A DNA stretch of 64,000 nucleotides, taken from NCBI RefSeq assembly GCF_009914755.1, contig NC_060926.1; one strand, written 5' to 3'. The DNA is from the human T2T-CHM13v2.0 reference genome, Homo sapiens. Made by a program: the position numbers and the translations under genes. Under the pieces are notes generated by a model, which saw only the letters and a list, made by a program, of their open reading frames with translations, did no database searches and was not told the DNA's origin. How positions within the stretch are numbered: the stretch's first letter is position 1; each line of letters opens with the position of its first letter. This document shows, piece after piece, positions 1 to 15,959 of the stretch.

Positions 1-230
1 TGGCTCCTGTTCCTCTTTTCCTGCTTACTTTTTTTTCCCTTAACATTTGTTACCTTCTAACACAGTCTATAACTTATTTATTTTATTCATTGTCCGTCTC
101 CTTTGGAAAAAATTTCCATGAGGTCAGTGGATTGAGTCTCTTTTATTCTTTGAGGTATTTTCAGCATCTTGAACTATGCTTGCTACATAGTTGGCGATCA
201 ATAAATATTTGTTGATTGGACTGAATGAAC
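1..230 (+). mobile_element. L2 3' end fragment
   Basis: catagttggcgatcaataaatatttgttgattggactgaatgaa resembles the L2 terminus. Confidence 0.6.
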
Positions 231-1699
231 TGATCTACAAAATTTATTTGAGCAAAATGATGAAACAATAAAGGAACTAATACTGCTATCAAATTATGTA
301 TATACATTTGTTAGTAATTGAAACTACTCAGAAGTTTGCTTTCCCTCACTTGAAATTCATTCACCGATTTTAACTTAATAAGAGACTTACTCTTTGTCAC
401 ACAGATTTTCTATATATTGCTTAGTCCCCTAAATCTCTTTAATGTAGGTATTCTTACTTTATTTTACAGAAATTTTACAAAGTACAAGTGACTTGACCAA
501 CGTCACAGAACTAGTTTGGAGTTGAGATATGAACACAAAAGTTTGTGTTCACTGTAGCATCATTATGCTATAGTTTCATATACTCTTAATTCTAATAACT
601 CCTAATAGTTTTAAGAATTCCAAAATATCAAAGGTGACTGTTTAAGAAAAAAAAATCTGATCTGAGGAACCAAGTTGCCCTTCAGAGCTTCAAGTTAATT
701 CCAAATATGTTATACTGATTTGATAATATATTTTATATTTGTATTACACAAGATAGTAATAGTTGAATTTCTTGATATTGATGTTATCTGCAGAAAAATG
801 GCTTTATCTTAAAACTCTTTGTGTATTCATGTCCATTTTGTTCTAATATGAGAATACAAGTTTTAAGTTATTAATATAGTCTACTTTTTTCTTTAAAAAT
901 ATTTGTTTACATATTAAAGATAGATTATAAAACATTCACTGAGAACTTGCATATTACCTTTTCTCCCAACCAAAAGTAAATACTATGTTGAATTTTGTGT
1001 TTATTACTTCTGGTTTTTTTTAGAAGTTTCTTTCTTTATGAAAAATATATCATACCCCTTGGTTGATTTGCAGTTTTTGATTAAATTAATCTTATATATT
1101 ATCTCTCAAAGCATTATTTTTAGGGTATAATTCTGACTCAAGATTGTTATGATTAGAAGCATTTGCAATTCATAGCACATGAAATTCTAATGGTGCCAAA
1201 TAGTGTTCAAAGCCAAAATTGTACTTATCACAGATTTTGTAACTAATTATTCTTTACATCAGACATATGTAAACAATACATTAACTTACTAATCCATAAA
1301 ACTTACTAAACATCAAATAATTGAAACTAGTTTTTACTCTTTTACTTAAAACTATGCTGAAGAACCAGGTAGTTGGCATTAAATCAGAGCAAAAATAGAC
1401 TACCTTTGATGCTGTTCTCTTCAAGAACATTTAGGTCATAATTTCATTCTAATGTATCACGGCATGACCCTATGCAAGCAAAATGGAGACTCACCATAGT
1501 CCAGTTCTCTTAATCAAAGGATAAAGACAAAACCCAAAGAACACTTCTTTTCAAAATTTATATGTATGTTACGATCACAACTTTGGATAACAAAGGCAGA
1601 AACCCATTCTCAAAGAAAATAAGTTTATCTGGGGTCTCAAAATGGAAAATGTAAACAAGAGATTCCAAAACTCTCATTGAAAAGTCTGCTAGTGTAGGT

Positions 1700-1753
<54 letters not shown>

Positions 1754-1860
1754 GACACATATATACACACATATATATATACAGGTTGATATATAGGTTA
1801 TATCAATATATATTATATATATCTATATATTATATCAATATATCTATCTGTATATATAAT
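1700..1860. repeat. (TA)n-(TG)n microsatellite and TA-rich low-complexity tract
   Basis: Direct reading; TG run about 1714-1750. Confidence 0.95.
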
Positions 1861-2066
1861 CAGTCTCAAAATGGTGAACATTTTATTAATGGTTTAATAA
1901 AAATCCCTTTGAAGACAATCTATTATAAGAATTTAAACAACTATATTAAATGTTAGTTCCCTGTCCCTCACTGAAGTCAGATAGTACAAAAGTGTACCAA
2001 AACAAAATACAAAAACTAAAAAGCAATAGCAATGACAAAGAAACCAGAGCACTTAGTAGAAAATCA

Positions 2067-2363
<297 letters not shown>

Positions 2364-3633
2364 TCATAAAACAAAGCCAGGCACTATTTAGAACACAGAG
2401 CTTTGAAAACAGTTGAGTATGGTTAAAATATTGCCATTTAAGACTCATTAACTACAAGTGAAAAGTCTATCCTCTAGTCCTTTTATTTTGTCTCACCACA
2501 AGAGTTTACTTAACAATGACCCTTATGTTTTAAATCATATAAAGCAATATGCTAGTGTATGCATTAAAGCAAGAAAAATCTGGTTTTGCCTATCTTCTGG
2601 ATTGTCTTTTTTTTGGGGGGGGGGGGTTGGTGACAACTGTTCTCTTCAAAGTGTCTTCTATACTTTAAAAAGCAAATGTTTTCTTCGTGGTGGTTGCTTA
2701 TCTAACTACCATTCTGATTCCATCTGTAAAACGTTTCCTCCTGTGTGCACTTCTGAGCAGCTGAGTCGTATTTTTTCCCCTCTAAATCCAGTACAAAAGA
2801 CTGTTTCTTTTATTTTTTGTGAACATAAAACATTTCAAGTGTCTACTATTTTACCTCCAGATGGAAGTAGGGAAATGTATTAGATAGCTTATCCTCTTCC
2901 TTCCTTTGAATTACATTTAGGACTGTAGTTCACATCTCTGTGATCATGTTACTCCCAGAGAATTTATTACATATCACTTAAAAAATGTTAAACGTTCATA
3001 GATTATTTAATATTATAAATAACAAATGATTAACATAGCATTACATAAATTCATTCAAAGGATTATGAGAACTGCTTCAAATATTTTCTTTCTATATTGC
3101 AGCACTAAGTATTCTTAAGCACTTTGAATTTCTGTACCTACAAATGAAACACAGTCAGCTCTGAGGTGAAACATGGCAAATAGTATTTTTAGACTGGAAA
3201 TGATCTAACAATGACATACAGAGGATATGAAACAATATGGTGTGCATCAAAGCTGAGTTCTCATTAAGTATATTACTATTTGTAAATGTAACCACAGAAG
3301 TGAAAATAATTAAATTATGACAATATCAGTTAAACTTTTTACATATGTCATCACTAAATACAAACAAATCTAACTTATCTAATATATTATCTTTCCCATT
3401 AACTGTAAGCTAGATAGAAATTGTATCATTGTATGCTCAGTGACTAGTATGTCACCTGACATAAATAAGGCTCAGTAAATAATTGGTGAATAAAGATTTA
3501 AAAATGTACTTTGCTATCAATTGTCTCAGACACTGGGGTGGGGGTGGGGGAAGAACAAGACATACTTAACCTTGACTTTGATGCTTCTGAAGAACTTTAT
3601 AGAACTTATATTTAACTTGCTACAGATAGCAAG

Positions 3634-3687
3634 TTGACTTTTCAAGACATCATAAAAGACTTGACTTTTCAAGACATCATAAAAGAC
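3634..3687. repeat. perfect 27-bp tandem duplication
   Basis: ttgacttttcaagacatcataaaagac twice (3634-3660, 3661-3687). Confidence 0.95.
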
Positions 3688-4510
3688 TGTCATAACAGTC
3701 TATATAACAACATATTTTAGGAAGAAATGGAGATAAAACCTATTTATAATGCTTTGACAACACTTTGTGCTTTATGTTTCATCTTTCTTGAGAAGAAGCA
3801 AACTCTCCTAAGTAGTTTTCATTTTTAAACTTCATGTTTAAAAATTTAAAAAAGATTTTAAATCTAAAATTACTATGCTGCAAATTCTCTAGGATTACAA
3901 TGATCTCAGGGAGGGAAACTTAGTACTAAATATGATTTTAAATTTATGTGTTTGACCAAGCAACACATAAAATGTAACATATTTATTTATATTAAGCACT
4001 ATATTCATAATGGAAGCTCAAATCTAAGACTTGATATAAGACAATACCCAGCATTTAAATAAAACAGTAATTCAGAATTTAGATATTTATAAAATTTTAT
4101 AGAGTCATATAGCCAGGTTTTTAATGGAATTATTGATCATCAGTATCACTTTTAATATAATTCATGATGTAAAATGAGAAATATTAAGTACATTTTATAA
4201 CTCTGACTATATATGCAAAATAAAGTGAATAAATGAATCACTTATCTATAGCAAGTTAAATATAGTTACAGAGTTCTGGATACATATGAGGTACATAATA
4301 TACACCATTTGTTGAAACAGTGAATATATATATACCCTTTCTTATCCAAATAAAGTCCTTAATTCTCTTTTCTATTTTATATAGACACAAACACACAACA
4401 CACAGTGTTAATCATTTATTGACTTGTTTGTCCCTGCAAACAAAGGAAGTGGTGGTAATAGTCCCTTACCATAATCCTACAACTTATGTCCATTTAAATC
4501 ACTTCCAAAC

Positions 4511-4804
4511 TTTTTTTTTTTTTTAGATGGGGTCTCACTCTGTCGCCCAGGCTGGAGTGCAATGGCATGATCTCGGCTCACTGCAACCTCCACCCCCGGG
4601 TTCAAGTGATTCTCCTGCCTCAGCCCCCTGAGTAGCTAGGATTACAGGCGTGAGCCACCACACCTGGCTAATTTTTGTATTTTTAGTAGAGACAGGGTTT
4701 CACTATGTTGGCCAGGCTGATCTCAAACTCCTGGCCTCAAGTGACCCACCCACCTCAGCCTCCCAAAGTGCTGGGATTACAGGCGCGAGCCACCGCACCC
4801 GGCC
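4511..4804 (-). mobile_element. Alu (AluS-like), full length
   Basis: Poly-T then reverse Alu dimer ending gcacccggcc. Confidence 0.95.
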
Positions 4805-6744
4805 ACAAACTTTGTTTTGCATAAGACATTATTTCCAAACCTATTCTGGGTAACAGTTCAAATAACTCAAAACCAAAACAGATTTCTAAGGCAACAAAGG
4901 TAACCTCAGACACATTTTCTGTGTCACTCATCAACTCAAATCTGTCATTTGTTCCACTTCCAGTGATTTGCCAGTTCCCTCAAAGGCAGATGTTTCCTGT
5001 CATCTCTCATGTCTGTGTACCTGTTTATACCCAACTCTGTGACACTACCAATGTCCTGCGTATGAGAATAACTGTGTTACTTTCACAGCCAACTTGCTGA
5101 ATTCCTCTTTTAACAAATAAGAAATTTCACTTAATATTTACTCAGGAAATTACATTTTCTTATAACATTTTTGTGTGATTCAAAGTAGGCTCTGTAACTC
5201 ACTGTATCTGTGTGTCCGTAAAAATATAACCACATAACTAATACTTTGTTCATTTTATGTATATAATCCAGTTAAAATCCCATTCAAAGCTACAAGACAT
5301 TATACCTATTTCTGTTCTACCCCAATTATATTAGATTTCTTAAGAGCTACTATTTCGAATTTTGTTCTAGAGCTTACTCCCAAATTTTTTCCTATCAGAG
5401 CAATATAGACTGCTATGGGATATACTAAGCTGGGCAACATTAGGCACTTAAATATCACAATTTAAATGTCAAACACAATTAGAATGATCTAGGACAAAAC
5501 ATTGATTTCTTTGCAGGGTTTGTGTTTCTCCACATTATTTTCTCATGCCTACACCGTGACTAGCCCTAGGTGGCCCCTCAACCAATAATAAACAAAGATG
5601 GAAGTGATGCTAGCCTTCATGAAGTCATTGGCTAGATAGTAACTTTTGAAGAGTCGTAGGTGGTTAGGGAGACTTAAGCTACACTGCAGCATAAATGATC
5701 TTATAGGTGCACTAATTCTGTCTTTGCCTCCACTTCCTCCTGGCTTCAACATTGATAATTTACTAGTCATCATTACTTGTGTTGTCAATAAGGAACTAAA
5801 ATGGATTTGGCACTGTGCTACTCCAATCAGTATTATACTTTACCTTGGATAAATTTAAATTTTATATGTATGAAGCTAAAGCTGAATCAAATTGTGATGA
5901 TTTGGTCACTAAGATTCAGTAACTGACTACTAAGGTAATAGAACTGATGTTTTTTAGCCGAACTCATCATAATCATAGGTTCTTTAAACTTCTACTAGAA
6001 ATAGTGCATGTTTATTTCTAAGTTCAAAAAGACTATACTCTTTTTAATTGATGTCATATTTTACCCTAAAATGGCTGCATTTTAGAATAAACTCATTATC
6101 TGTGTAGGATTTTCAAGCACATTAATTTGTCTTCTTTTATTAATGATAATAGAAAAACCCAGTGCTTTAAAATACAATCATATGCAATTTATGAACATTA
6201 TTTCCTATAACACTTATTTAAAACCTTGAAATAAAGTATTTGCCCTGTAAATAGCTATTTTTATTTTATTATATTATAAATGTGTTTTATTTATGGTGAC
6301 ATAGAATAAAACTCTTAAATAATTCAAATGTAGAACTTTCTGGCAAGCATGAGGTATATTTTAAAATATTTTCAAGTTTCACCAAATTTGTTTATAGTTT
6401 TCTGTATAAAATCAATAAGGTATATCCACATTACTACTCTGTATCCAATGGTAAGATGAAAGTGGTCAAGCTAGCATGTTCAGCAAAAGCTATGCCTAGA
6501 GTTGAGCTCAATAATTCACTAAACAACTCATTGCTGTATCTCCATTACCCCAAAAAATGCCTTGAGAAAGGACCTAATGCTATTTGTTGTGCATCTTCAA
6601 AGTAACTCAGAATTGTTAAAAACTTAAATTTTGAATATACCAATTTCTGTTATATACTGTCATCCAAAGAATACTTCAAATATGTGGAGCCATTCATCTG
6701 AAAAAAATCCTCAAAAAAGTCAGTGCATAAAAATATTATTTGGA

Positions 6745-9090
6745 TTTCTGCTTCTGGCCAAAATTGAGTAACAGAGACCAGATTTGCTCTCTCCTGAAGC
6801 AACCAATAAAACAGACAAAATACATGTTACAGTAGTTTTGAAGGCACTGGACATCAGATCAGGATGTTTTAAGATATTGGAAAATGGAAAAGCAAGCAAG
6901 TCAGTTCTATGCTTTTGTTAGCTTATGGCCTGGAACTTCCAGACTATGATGTAGAGAGGAAGTATCTCTGCAGACTCCATGAATGGATGAGATGAAGCTG
7001 AGTTTAGGAAAATCAGGGTGGTTGTATAGTTCACAAAACAGGGTACCACAGAGGAGAGAGTTGAGCAGAGAGAGAACTCTAGGGATCTTCTCAGGTTCCC
7101 CTTGAGTACTGAGAAGATTATTCACCAAGCATGTGTCTTAGAAAACTACCTGAGGCTGAGGATAAGAGAGAACACCACCTGGCAATCACACTGTGCCAGA
7201 ACAGTGTCTGTTCCTACACTGGCAAACACTTCGTTTTAAATGCGCATTGGGTAGAGTATTAGGAAGGGTCTTGATTCACTAGTGAGGAATAATTAGTCTT
7301 AGAATAAATGGTATGCTGGTCCTGCCTAACAAATTTTCAAATGTTTAAAGATACAAAAGGATCAAACTGTGTAAACAACATAACTATGTCCCGAAACAAA
7401 GATCAATAATTTTTATGGGAATACAAAAATATCCAGCACTTAAAAAAAGTAAAATTGACAGTGTCTGGAATTCAATTGAAGATTGTCAGGAACATAAAAC
7501 TGCAGGAATATGTGACCCATAATAAAGAGAAAAATTAATCAAAACTGACCAAGAAGTGACACAGATGTTCAAATTAGCAGACAGGGAACTTAAACAGTTG
7601 TTATAACTGTATTGTGTATGTTCACAATGTTAATTAGAGATATATGAAATATAAAAAAGACACAGATCAAGCTTGCAGAGGTGAAAACTACAATGTTTCA
7701 GATGACAAATACACTGGATGAAATTAGCGGCAGATTAAATGTTCAAAAGAAAAGATAATTGACTTGAAGACAGCAATAGAAATCATTCAAATTGCAATTG
7801 ACAAATGGAGTTTAAAACTCATATAGAGTCTTTGCTATTGTGAATAGTGCCGCAATAAACATACGTGTGCATGTGTCTTTATAGCAGCATGATTTATATT
7901 CCTTTGAGTATATATCCAGTAATGGGATGGCTGGGTTAAATGGTATTTCTAGTTCTAGATACCTGAGGAATCGCCACACTGTCTTCCACAATGGTTGAAC
8001 TAGTTTACAGTCCCACCAACAGTGTAAAAGTGTTCTTATTTCTCCACATCCTCTCCAGCACCTGTTGTTTCCTGACTTTTTAATGATCGCCATTCTAACT
8101 GGTGGGTGGGGGAGGTGGGAAGGATAGCATTAGGAGGTATACCTAATGTAAATGACGAGTTAATGGGTGCAGCACACCAACATGGCACATGTATGCATAT
8201 GTAACAAACCTGCATGTTGTGCACATGTACCCTAGAACTTAAAGTATAATAAAAAATATATATATATGAAACTTAGAAAAAAAACTCATACAGAACTACA
8301 AGGGACATAAAACAGCCAAAACAGCTTTGAAAAAAAAAAAAAAGAACAAAAAGTTGGGGACCTGCACTATGTTATTTCAAGACTCGTCATAAAAGGTACA
8401 GGAATTAAGAGAGTGTGGTACTGGTATAAAAATGACAAATAAACTAAACAGAATAGAGTTCAGAAATAGACAAACTCACCTATGGACAACTAATAATTGA
8501 CAAAAGTTCAAAGGCAATGCAGTGGAGAATGAATATTTTGTTTTTATGCAGTTGGAATAATTAGATACTCATTTTAAAAAAGTGAATCTCAACATATCAC
8601 TCATATGTTATACAAAAATTAACTAAAATGGGTTATTTACCTAAATATAAAGCATAAAACTAACTTAAGAAGAAAATTTAGAAGAAAATACTCATGGTGT
8701 TGACTTGGCAAAAATTTCTTAGATCCAAAAGAATGATTTAAACAAAAAAGCTAAGAAATAATACTCTGGATAAACTGCACTTTAAATATTTGAGAAGCAT
8801 ATATGTGATATAGGACTTACATCCCAAAGAGTCAAAGAATGCTCAAAACTCAATAATATGAAATCAAACAACCTAACTAAAAAAAAAGGAGGGGATTAAA
8901 GATTTGAACAACCACTTCATAAAAGAAGCTATACAGATGGAAAATAAGAACAGAAAAAGGTGCTCAACATTAGTAATTAGGAAAATGAAAATCAAAACAG
9001 AAATGAGATACTTATTAGAATGGCTAAAATTAAAAAGACTGGCCATACCAAATGTTGGCAAAAATATTGAGAAATTATAATTCTAACTGG
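6745..9090 (+). mobile_element. old L1M-type fragments, interrupted by a younger L1
   Basis: A-rich decayed L1 5'/ORF1-like and ORF2 3'-like sequence. Confidence 0.7.
7828..8280 (+). mobile_element. short 5'-inverted L1PA insertion with target-site duplication
   Basis: 7828-8104 is reverse ORF2 C-terminus ([16 protein letters not shown]...); 8101-8256 is the forward 3' UTR and A tail; TSD aaaactcata(t/c)aga at 7814-7827 and 8281-8294. Confidence 0.9.
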
Positions 9091-9781
9091 CATGAATCAG
9101 ATTTTTACTATATATTCGTGAGTCTTCACCTTTCAGTATATGGATTTTTTTTTCTGTCTTTTAATACAGTACTGTGTTTCCGTCTCTTCTCCTCAACACA
9201 TTAATGTCCCATTCACTATACCCCTAGCTCACACAGCCTTTAATATTAATAAAAATCTCAAGTTGGCATCTAACTTTAGATACCTTCCTGATATCCTGAT
9301 GTGGGCTATAGCAAACATTTTTTTTTTTTTTTTTTTTTGCTACAGAAATCCCAAAGAATTGTTAAGCATAGGTATATATAAAGTCTCTTGTCAACCTTTA
9401 AAATCAATTAACTTCAGAACAAAATCTCAAATGTCATAATTAGGGGTGAATCACTAATAATTGGAAATATCAGTTTTATTTCTTTTCTAAATTAAATAAA
9501 AAATTAAATTCCTCTCTTAGGTTCTATGAGACAATTCCATAGTAAACCTTATCTCTAATGTATTTTCTATCCGCTAGCTGATTTCTTTATATACAGTGGC
9601 TAAAAAGTTTGTTAGACTCTAACTTCAGAAACAAGTTCATATTTGAATACTTTTTTTTCTAATGACAATGCCTATATATAAAATGAAAAAGCAGTTCCAA
9701 TCTACCCTCTATAGTATAACACTATTTCTACTTAGAAACTAATAATAATAATGATAAATCTTTGCTTTTATCACTCAGTAC

Positions 9782-9988
9782 CTGAGCTTCTTCCTGTTGC
9801 TTTTTAAGCTGTTCGAGCATCTGCTGAAATTCGGCCTCTTTTTGTTCTGCTTCTTCCAAGGTGGCCTGATTCTGCTCCTCATAGGCCATGGCCACCACAG
9901 CCAGGATCAAATTCACCAAATAAAATGAGCCCAAGAAAATGACCAGGACAAAAAATATCATGTATGTTTTCCCAGCAGCACGTAATGT
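9782..9988 (-). CDS. SCN3A: coding exon 9 (domain I S6 and start of the I-II linker)
   Basis: cctag|ACA ... CAG|gtactg; [41 protein letters not shown]; 207 nt. Confidence 0.97.
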
Positions 9989-10657
9989 CTAGGGGAAATG
10001 GGGGATAATTCCATCAGTATTTTAGTATAATGTCCCCAAATAAATATCTGATTACCACAGTTAGATAGTCAGTAGACTAATTAGCTTTTTAGTATCCAGT
10101 TTATTTTCACCAAGAATTTTTTGGTATTGATATGCTCAACACACAAAATTAAGAATCAGATTATTTGAGGCTTGACTGCAGTCTTGTTGGATATAAATAC
10201 ATTTTAAACTCATATATAGTGGATATATATGTGAGCCCCACTATAATGCTTTTATTAGAGTTCATATGCAGAGCAATAATATGACAAGTAAGAGCACTGA
10301 ACCTTTAAATCCTTTCAGTGGGATTCCATTTGCACTGCAGCTATTCTCCATACCATCTATAGATGACTTTTGCTCCCCTCCCCTTCTAGTCTCAGTTAAT
10401 AGCTAGAGCTTTAATTTGAAATTTTCACATCAACATCACTGATTTTTAAAATCTTTTAACGTGCTGTTTATATACCAACAACTGGATTATCAACTTCTAA
10501 GAGTCATGAGCATCTCCAAGTTCCTAGCAGAATGCCTTTCACATAAAAAAGTCCTCAGTGTACATATATAGGTACTGACTCAGTGAGCAATTAGGATTCC
10601 TGGCACACTTGCTTTATGTTGGACCTTCCTCTGTGTTCCAGAGTGTTATAAGCAGGT

Positions 10658-11028
10658 CCTTTCCCTTCCCTTCCCTTCCATTCCCTTCTCTCCCTTTCCC
10701 TTTCCCTTTCCTTTTCCCATTCCCTTTCCCTTTCCCTTTCTTTTTTTGAGATGGGGTCTTACTCTGTCATCTAGGCTGGAGTGCAATGATATGATCTCGA
10801 CTCACTGCAACCTCCACCTCCTGGGCTTGGGTGATCCTCCCACCTCAGACTCCCTTGTAGCTAGGGCTACAGATGGGCGCCACCATGCTGGGCTAATTTT
10901 TGTATTTTGGTAGAGATGGGGTTTTGCCATGTTGTTCAGGCTGGTCTCGAATTCCTGGACTCAAGTGATCCATCCGCCTCTGCCTCCCAAAGTGCTAGGG
11001 TTACAGGCATGAGCCACCACACCCAGCC
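10658..11028 (-). mobile_element. Alu (AluJ-like) with (CCCTT)n tail-derived simple repeat at 10658-10740
   Basis: Reverse Alu dimer, diverged. Confidence 0.92.
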
Positions 11029-11079
11029 TATGCTTTTCATTTCATACATGTCTATAAAAATAAATGTTATGCATGCTCA

Positions 11080-11265
<186 letters not shown>

Positions 11266-11554
11266 TTAGAAATTACAGCAATTTCAATTTATTTGACTTA
11301 TAGGAATTTTCAAAACCCAAAGCTGCTATCTGTGACGAATTATCTTGCTTTAATTTCCAGAACACTTTAGGTGATTGCCCACCGTGAAACTTATCAGATG
11401 AAATTCACTAGGAAGACCGATAGAAAATTTAGATGCAAATAAATATTTACGGACATTTAGAATGGCAGAAAGCTAGCAACCACACACTTTTGGCTCTGAC
11501 ATTACCATATTTCTACTCTTTACAAAGTGGCAAGAATCAATAGTTAAAAATTAA

Positions 11555-11983
<429 letters not shown>

Positions 11984-12059
11984 TTATTTACAGAAAAAGT
12001 ATGAGGATAGTACAGGCTTCATACATTCCATGCCATTTTCAATATTGATATATTGTTAT

Positions 12060-12541
<482 letters not shown>

Positions 12542-12544
12542 CTC

Positions 12545-14672
12545 AGTTTTTTTCTTAATGTCCTTTTTTTGTTCCAGGATCCCATTCAGGATACACATCG
12601 CATTTAGTAGTTATGTCTTTTTAGGCTCCTCTTGGCTGTGACAATCTCTCAGACTTCCCTTGTTTTTGATGACCACAACAGTTTTGAGGATTACTGGTCA
12701 GATATTTTATAGAATACCCTTCAATTGGGATTTGTCTAATGTTTGTCTCATGATTATATTTAGGTTATGGATTTTTGGGTGGAAGACTACAGAGGTAAAA
12801 TGTCACTGTCATCACATCACATCATGCCAAGGGTACATACTTATCACTCACTATGACTTATCACTCTTGATGTTAACTTTCACCACCTGTCTTGAGGTAG
12901 TGTTAGGTTTCTCTACTGTAAATTTACTCCCTTTTCTTCCTTTTCCATATGTGCTCTTTGAAATAAAGTCACTGTGTACAGACCACATTTAAGGAACCCG
13001 CAGTTATGATCTTAAGTATATACCAAAATTATTTGAAATTATTCTGCATAGGATATTTGTCCATTCATATTTTATTTAATTATTCAATCATTTCAATTAA
13101 CATGTAGTCATGGATAGTCATTTTATATTTTGGATTACAATTCAATGATATTTCATTTATTTGTTCAAATGGCTTCATCTTTGGCCACTGGAAGCTCTTT
13201 CAGTTGACACCTGTAACAGTTTGACATACACCATGGTTGTGGGTTGCATTTTTTTTTGTTTTTTAACACTTTCTTAGTTTTAGGTACTATCAGATGCTCC
13301 AGGCTCATCTTTTATAATTTCTGCCGCAGTCCTAGAATCAACCATTTCTCCAAGGAGCCCTAGTTCTTTTTATTGGAAAATGGTATTAGAAACCAAGATC
13401 TGAGTGCTAGCTGTGTTTGTTGCTACTGGGGTGTCATTGCTTCTAGGCCCTCTCAGCTGACAGAACAAGGAGATACACATGTTTGTAATTGCTCAGTACT
13501 GGTACACATGCACAGTGGTTTCAGGATTGTTAATCTATACTACCATTGGAAACAACTTTATCAACTAGGGTATTGTTCCTTTTACCTTTAGTCTTACAGA
13601 CTCCACTCATTTCCAAAGTTACTTAGGTTAGCATGTTATTACCCCACCACCTACAGTGAGGTCATTTCATATTTTGCAATACATGTATATATTTTTGTCA
13701 CATATTCCATTTCTTCCTGGGATCCCCAAACCTCACAAAAGATTTTTTTTTTAATTTGTATATATTAAGATTCACTCTTTGTGTTATAAAGGTCTATGAG
13801 TTTTAACAAATGCATTAAGTTTCATATTCACCATTATAGAATCTTAGAGAACAGGTTCTCACCCTAAAAAAAAATCCCCTTTGCTTTACCTAGATAATCC
13901 CTCACCATGAACCCCTGGAAAACACTATTTTCTTATCATCTCTGTTGCTTTGTGTTTTCTAGAATGTCAGGTAATTGAAATCATACAGTATGTAGCTTTT
14001 TGAGGTTGGCTTTTTCTCACTTAGAAATGTGCATTTAATATTCATTAATATTTGTTTGTATCTTGATAGCTCATTTCTTTTTAATCACTCAGTAATATTT
14101 TATTGTATGGGCATAACAATTTATTTATCTATACAACTATTGAAGGACATCTTGGTTGCTTCCAGTTTGGGGTCATTGAAGGGCATCTTGGTTACTTCCA
14201 GTTTGGGGTCATTATGAATACAGCTGCTATAAATATTCACATGCAGGTTTTTTGTGAAGACATAAGTTTTCAAATTGATCAGCTAAATACCTAGAAGTGC
14301 AGTTGTTGGATCATATGGTAAGACTATGTTTATTTTGTAAGAAACCGCCAAACTGTCTTCCAAGGCGGTTGTCTAGTTTTGCATTCCCACCAGCAATAAG
14401 CAAGAGTTCCTGTTATTCTGCATCCTCATCAGAAGTTGGTATTGCCAGATACATTTTTCAGTCATTCTAACAGATGTGCAGTGGTAACTCCTTGTTGTTT
14501 TAGTTTGCAATTCCCTAATGACAAATGATGTCGAGTGCCTTTTTACCTCCTTAATAACCACCTGTACTATATACTCGTGTGGGGTATCTGTTCAGATCTT
14601 TTGCCAGTTTTAAATTGGGTCATTTGTTTTCTTATTGTTGAGTTTTAAGAGTTCTTTAGATATTCTGGACAC
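12545..14672 (-). mobile_element. old L1 (L1MC/MD-like) 3' region
   Basis: Decayed reverse L1 3' UTR/ORF2 motifs; includes a 36-bp tandem duplication at 14139-14210. Confidence 0.75.
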
Positions 14673-14674
14673 TG

Positions 14675-14995
14675 GTTTGTTGTTTTGTTTTGTTTTGTTT
14701 TCTTTTGAGACAGGGTATAATTCTGTTGCCCAGGCTATAGTGCAGTGGTCTGATCATGGCTCACTGCAGCCTCGACCTCCCAGGCTCAAGTAATCCTTCT
14801 GCCTCAGCCTCCTGAGTAGCTGGTACCACAGATACACTACACCATGCCTGGCTAATTTTTTTATTTTTATTTTTTGGAGAAACAGTGTCTCCCTATGCTG
14901 CCCAGGCCAGTCTCAAACTCTTGGGCTCAAATGATCTTCCCCTCTCAGCTTCCCAAAGTGCTGGATTACAGGAATGAGCTACTTCACCTAGCCCC
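14675..14995 (-). mobile_element. Alu (AluJ-like)
   Basis: Diverged reverse dimer with (TTTTG)n tail. Confidence 0.9.
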
Positions 14996-15192
14996 AGTCT
15001 TTTTTTTTTTTTTTTTAAATCAGATATGTGCTTTGCAAATATTGTCTTCCAGTTGCTGGTTTGTCTTTTCATTCTCTTAAGAATATCTTTGTAAAACAGC
15101 AGCTTTTAATTTTAATAAAATACAAATCATTTATTTCTTTAATGGAATGTGCCGCTTAAATACAAAATGGTTTTGTATTTAAAACTCATCAC

Positions 15193-15489
<297 letters not shown>

Positions 15490-15499
15490 TCATCACCAA

Positions 15500-15772
15500 T
15501 GGCCAGGCGCAGTGGCTCATGCCTGTAATCCCCAGCACTTTGGGAGGCCGAGGCAGGTGAATCATTTGAGATCAGGCTCCCACTGATTCTACATTATGGT
15601 GACTTGTACAATTATTTCATTATATATTACAGTATGCTAATAATATAAATAATGTACACAATAAATGTAACGTGCTTGAATCATCCTGAAATCATTTCCC
15701 ACCACCACCCTTGGTCGGTGGAAAAATTGTCTTCCACAAAACAGTCCCTGGTGCCAAAAAGGCTGGGGACTG
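15500..15772 (+). mobile_element. Alu 5' fragment (15500-15576) fused to a MER1-like hAT fragment (15577-15772)
   Basis: ggccaggcgcagtggctc... then cccactgattctacattatgg...gtgccaaaaaggctggggactg. Confidence 0.75.
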
Positions 15773-15959
15773 TTGATGTAAATTACTTAAGCCATAATAG
15801 GAATTCATTAAGGGGAATAGATTATTATGGTTTAATAGGAATAAAGTATGTATTAACCAAATTTATCCAAAATTTTATCTGGGCTTTTATGTTAATCATC
15901 ATCATAATAAATAATAGTTAATAGGCAATAAATTCTTTTCTTTTTTTAGAGTGTGCTTT

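Noticed and set aside
1634-1874. 12-bp direct repeat gtctcaaaatgg flanking the microsatellite
   Set aside because: Too short to distinguish from chance, and no inserted element lies between the copies.
7812-8093. 93-aa ORF resembling L1 ORF2 C-terminus
   Set aside because: Fragment of a truncated inverted L1, not a functional gene.
14139-14213. 36-bp tandem duplication
   Set aside because: Real, but an ordinary slippage event inside a decayed L1.
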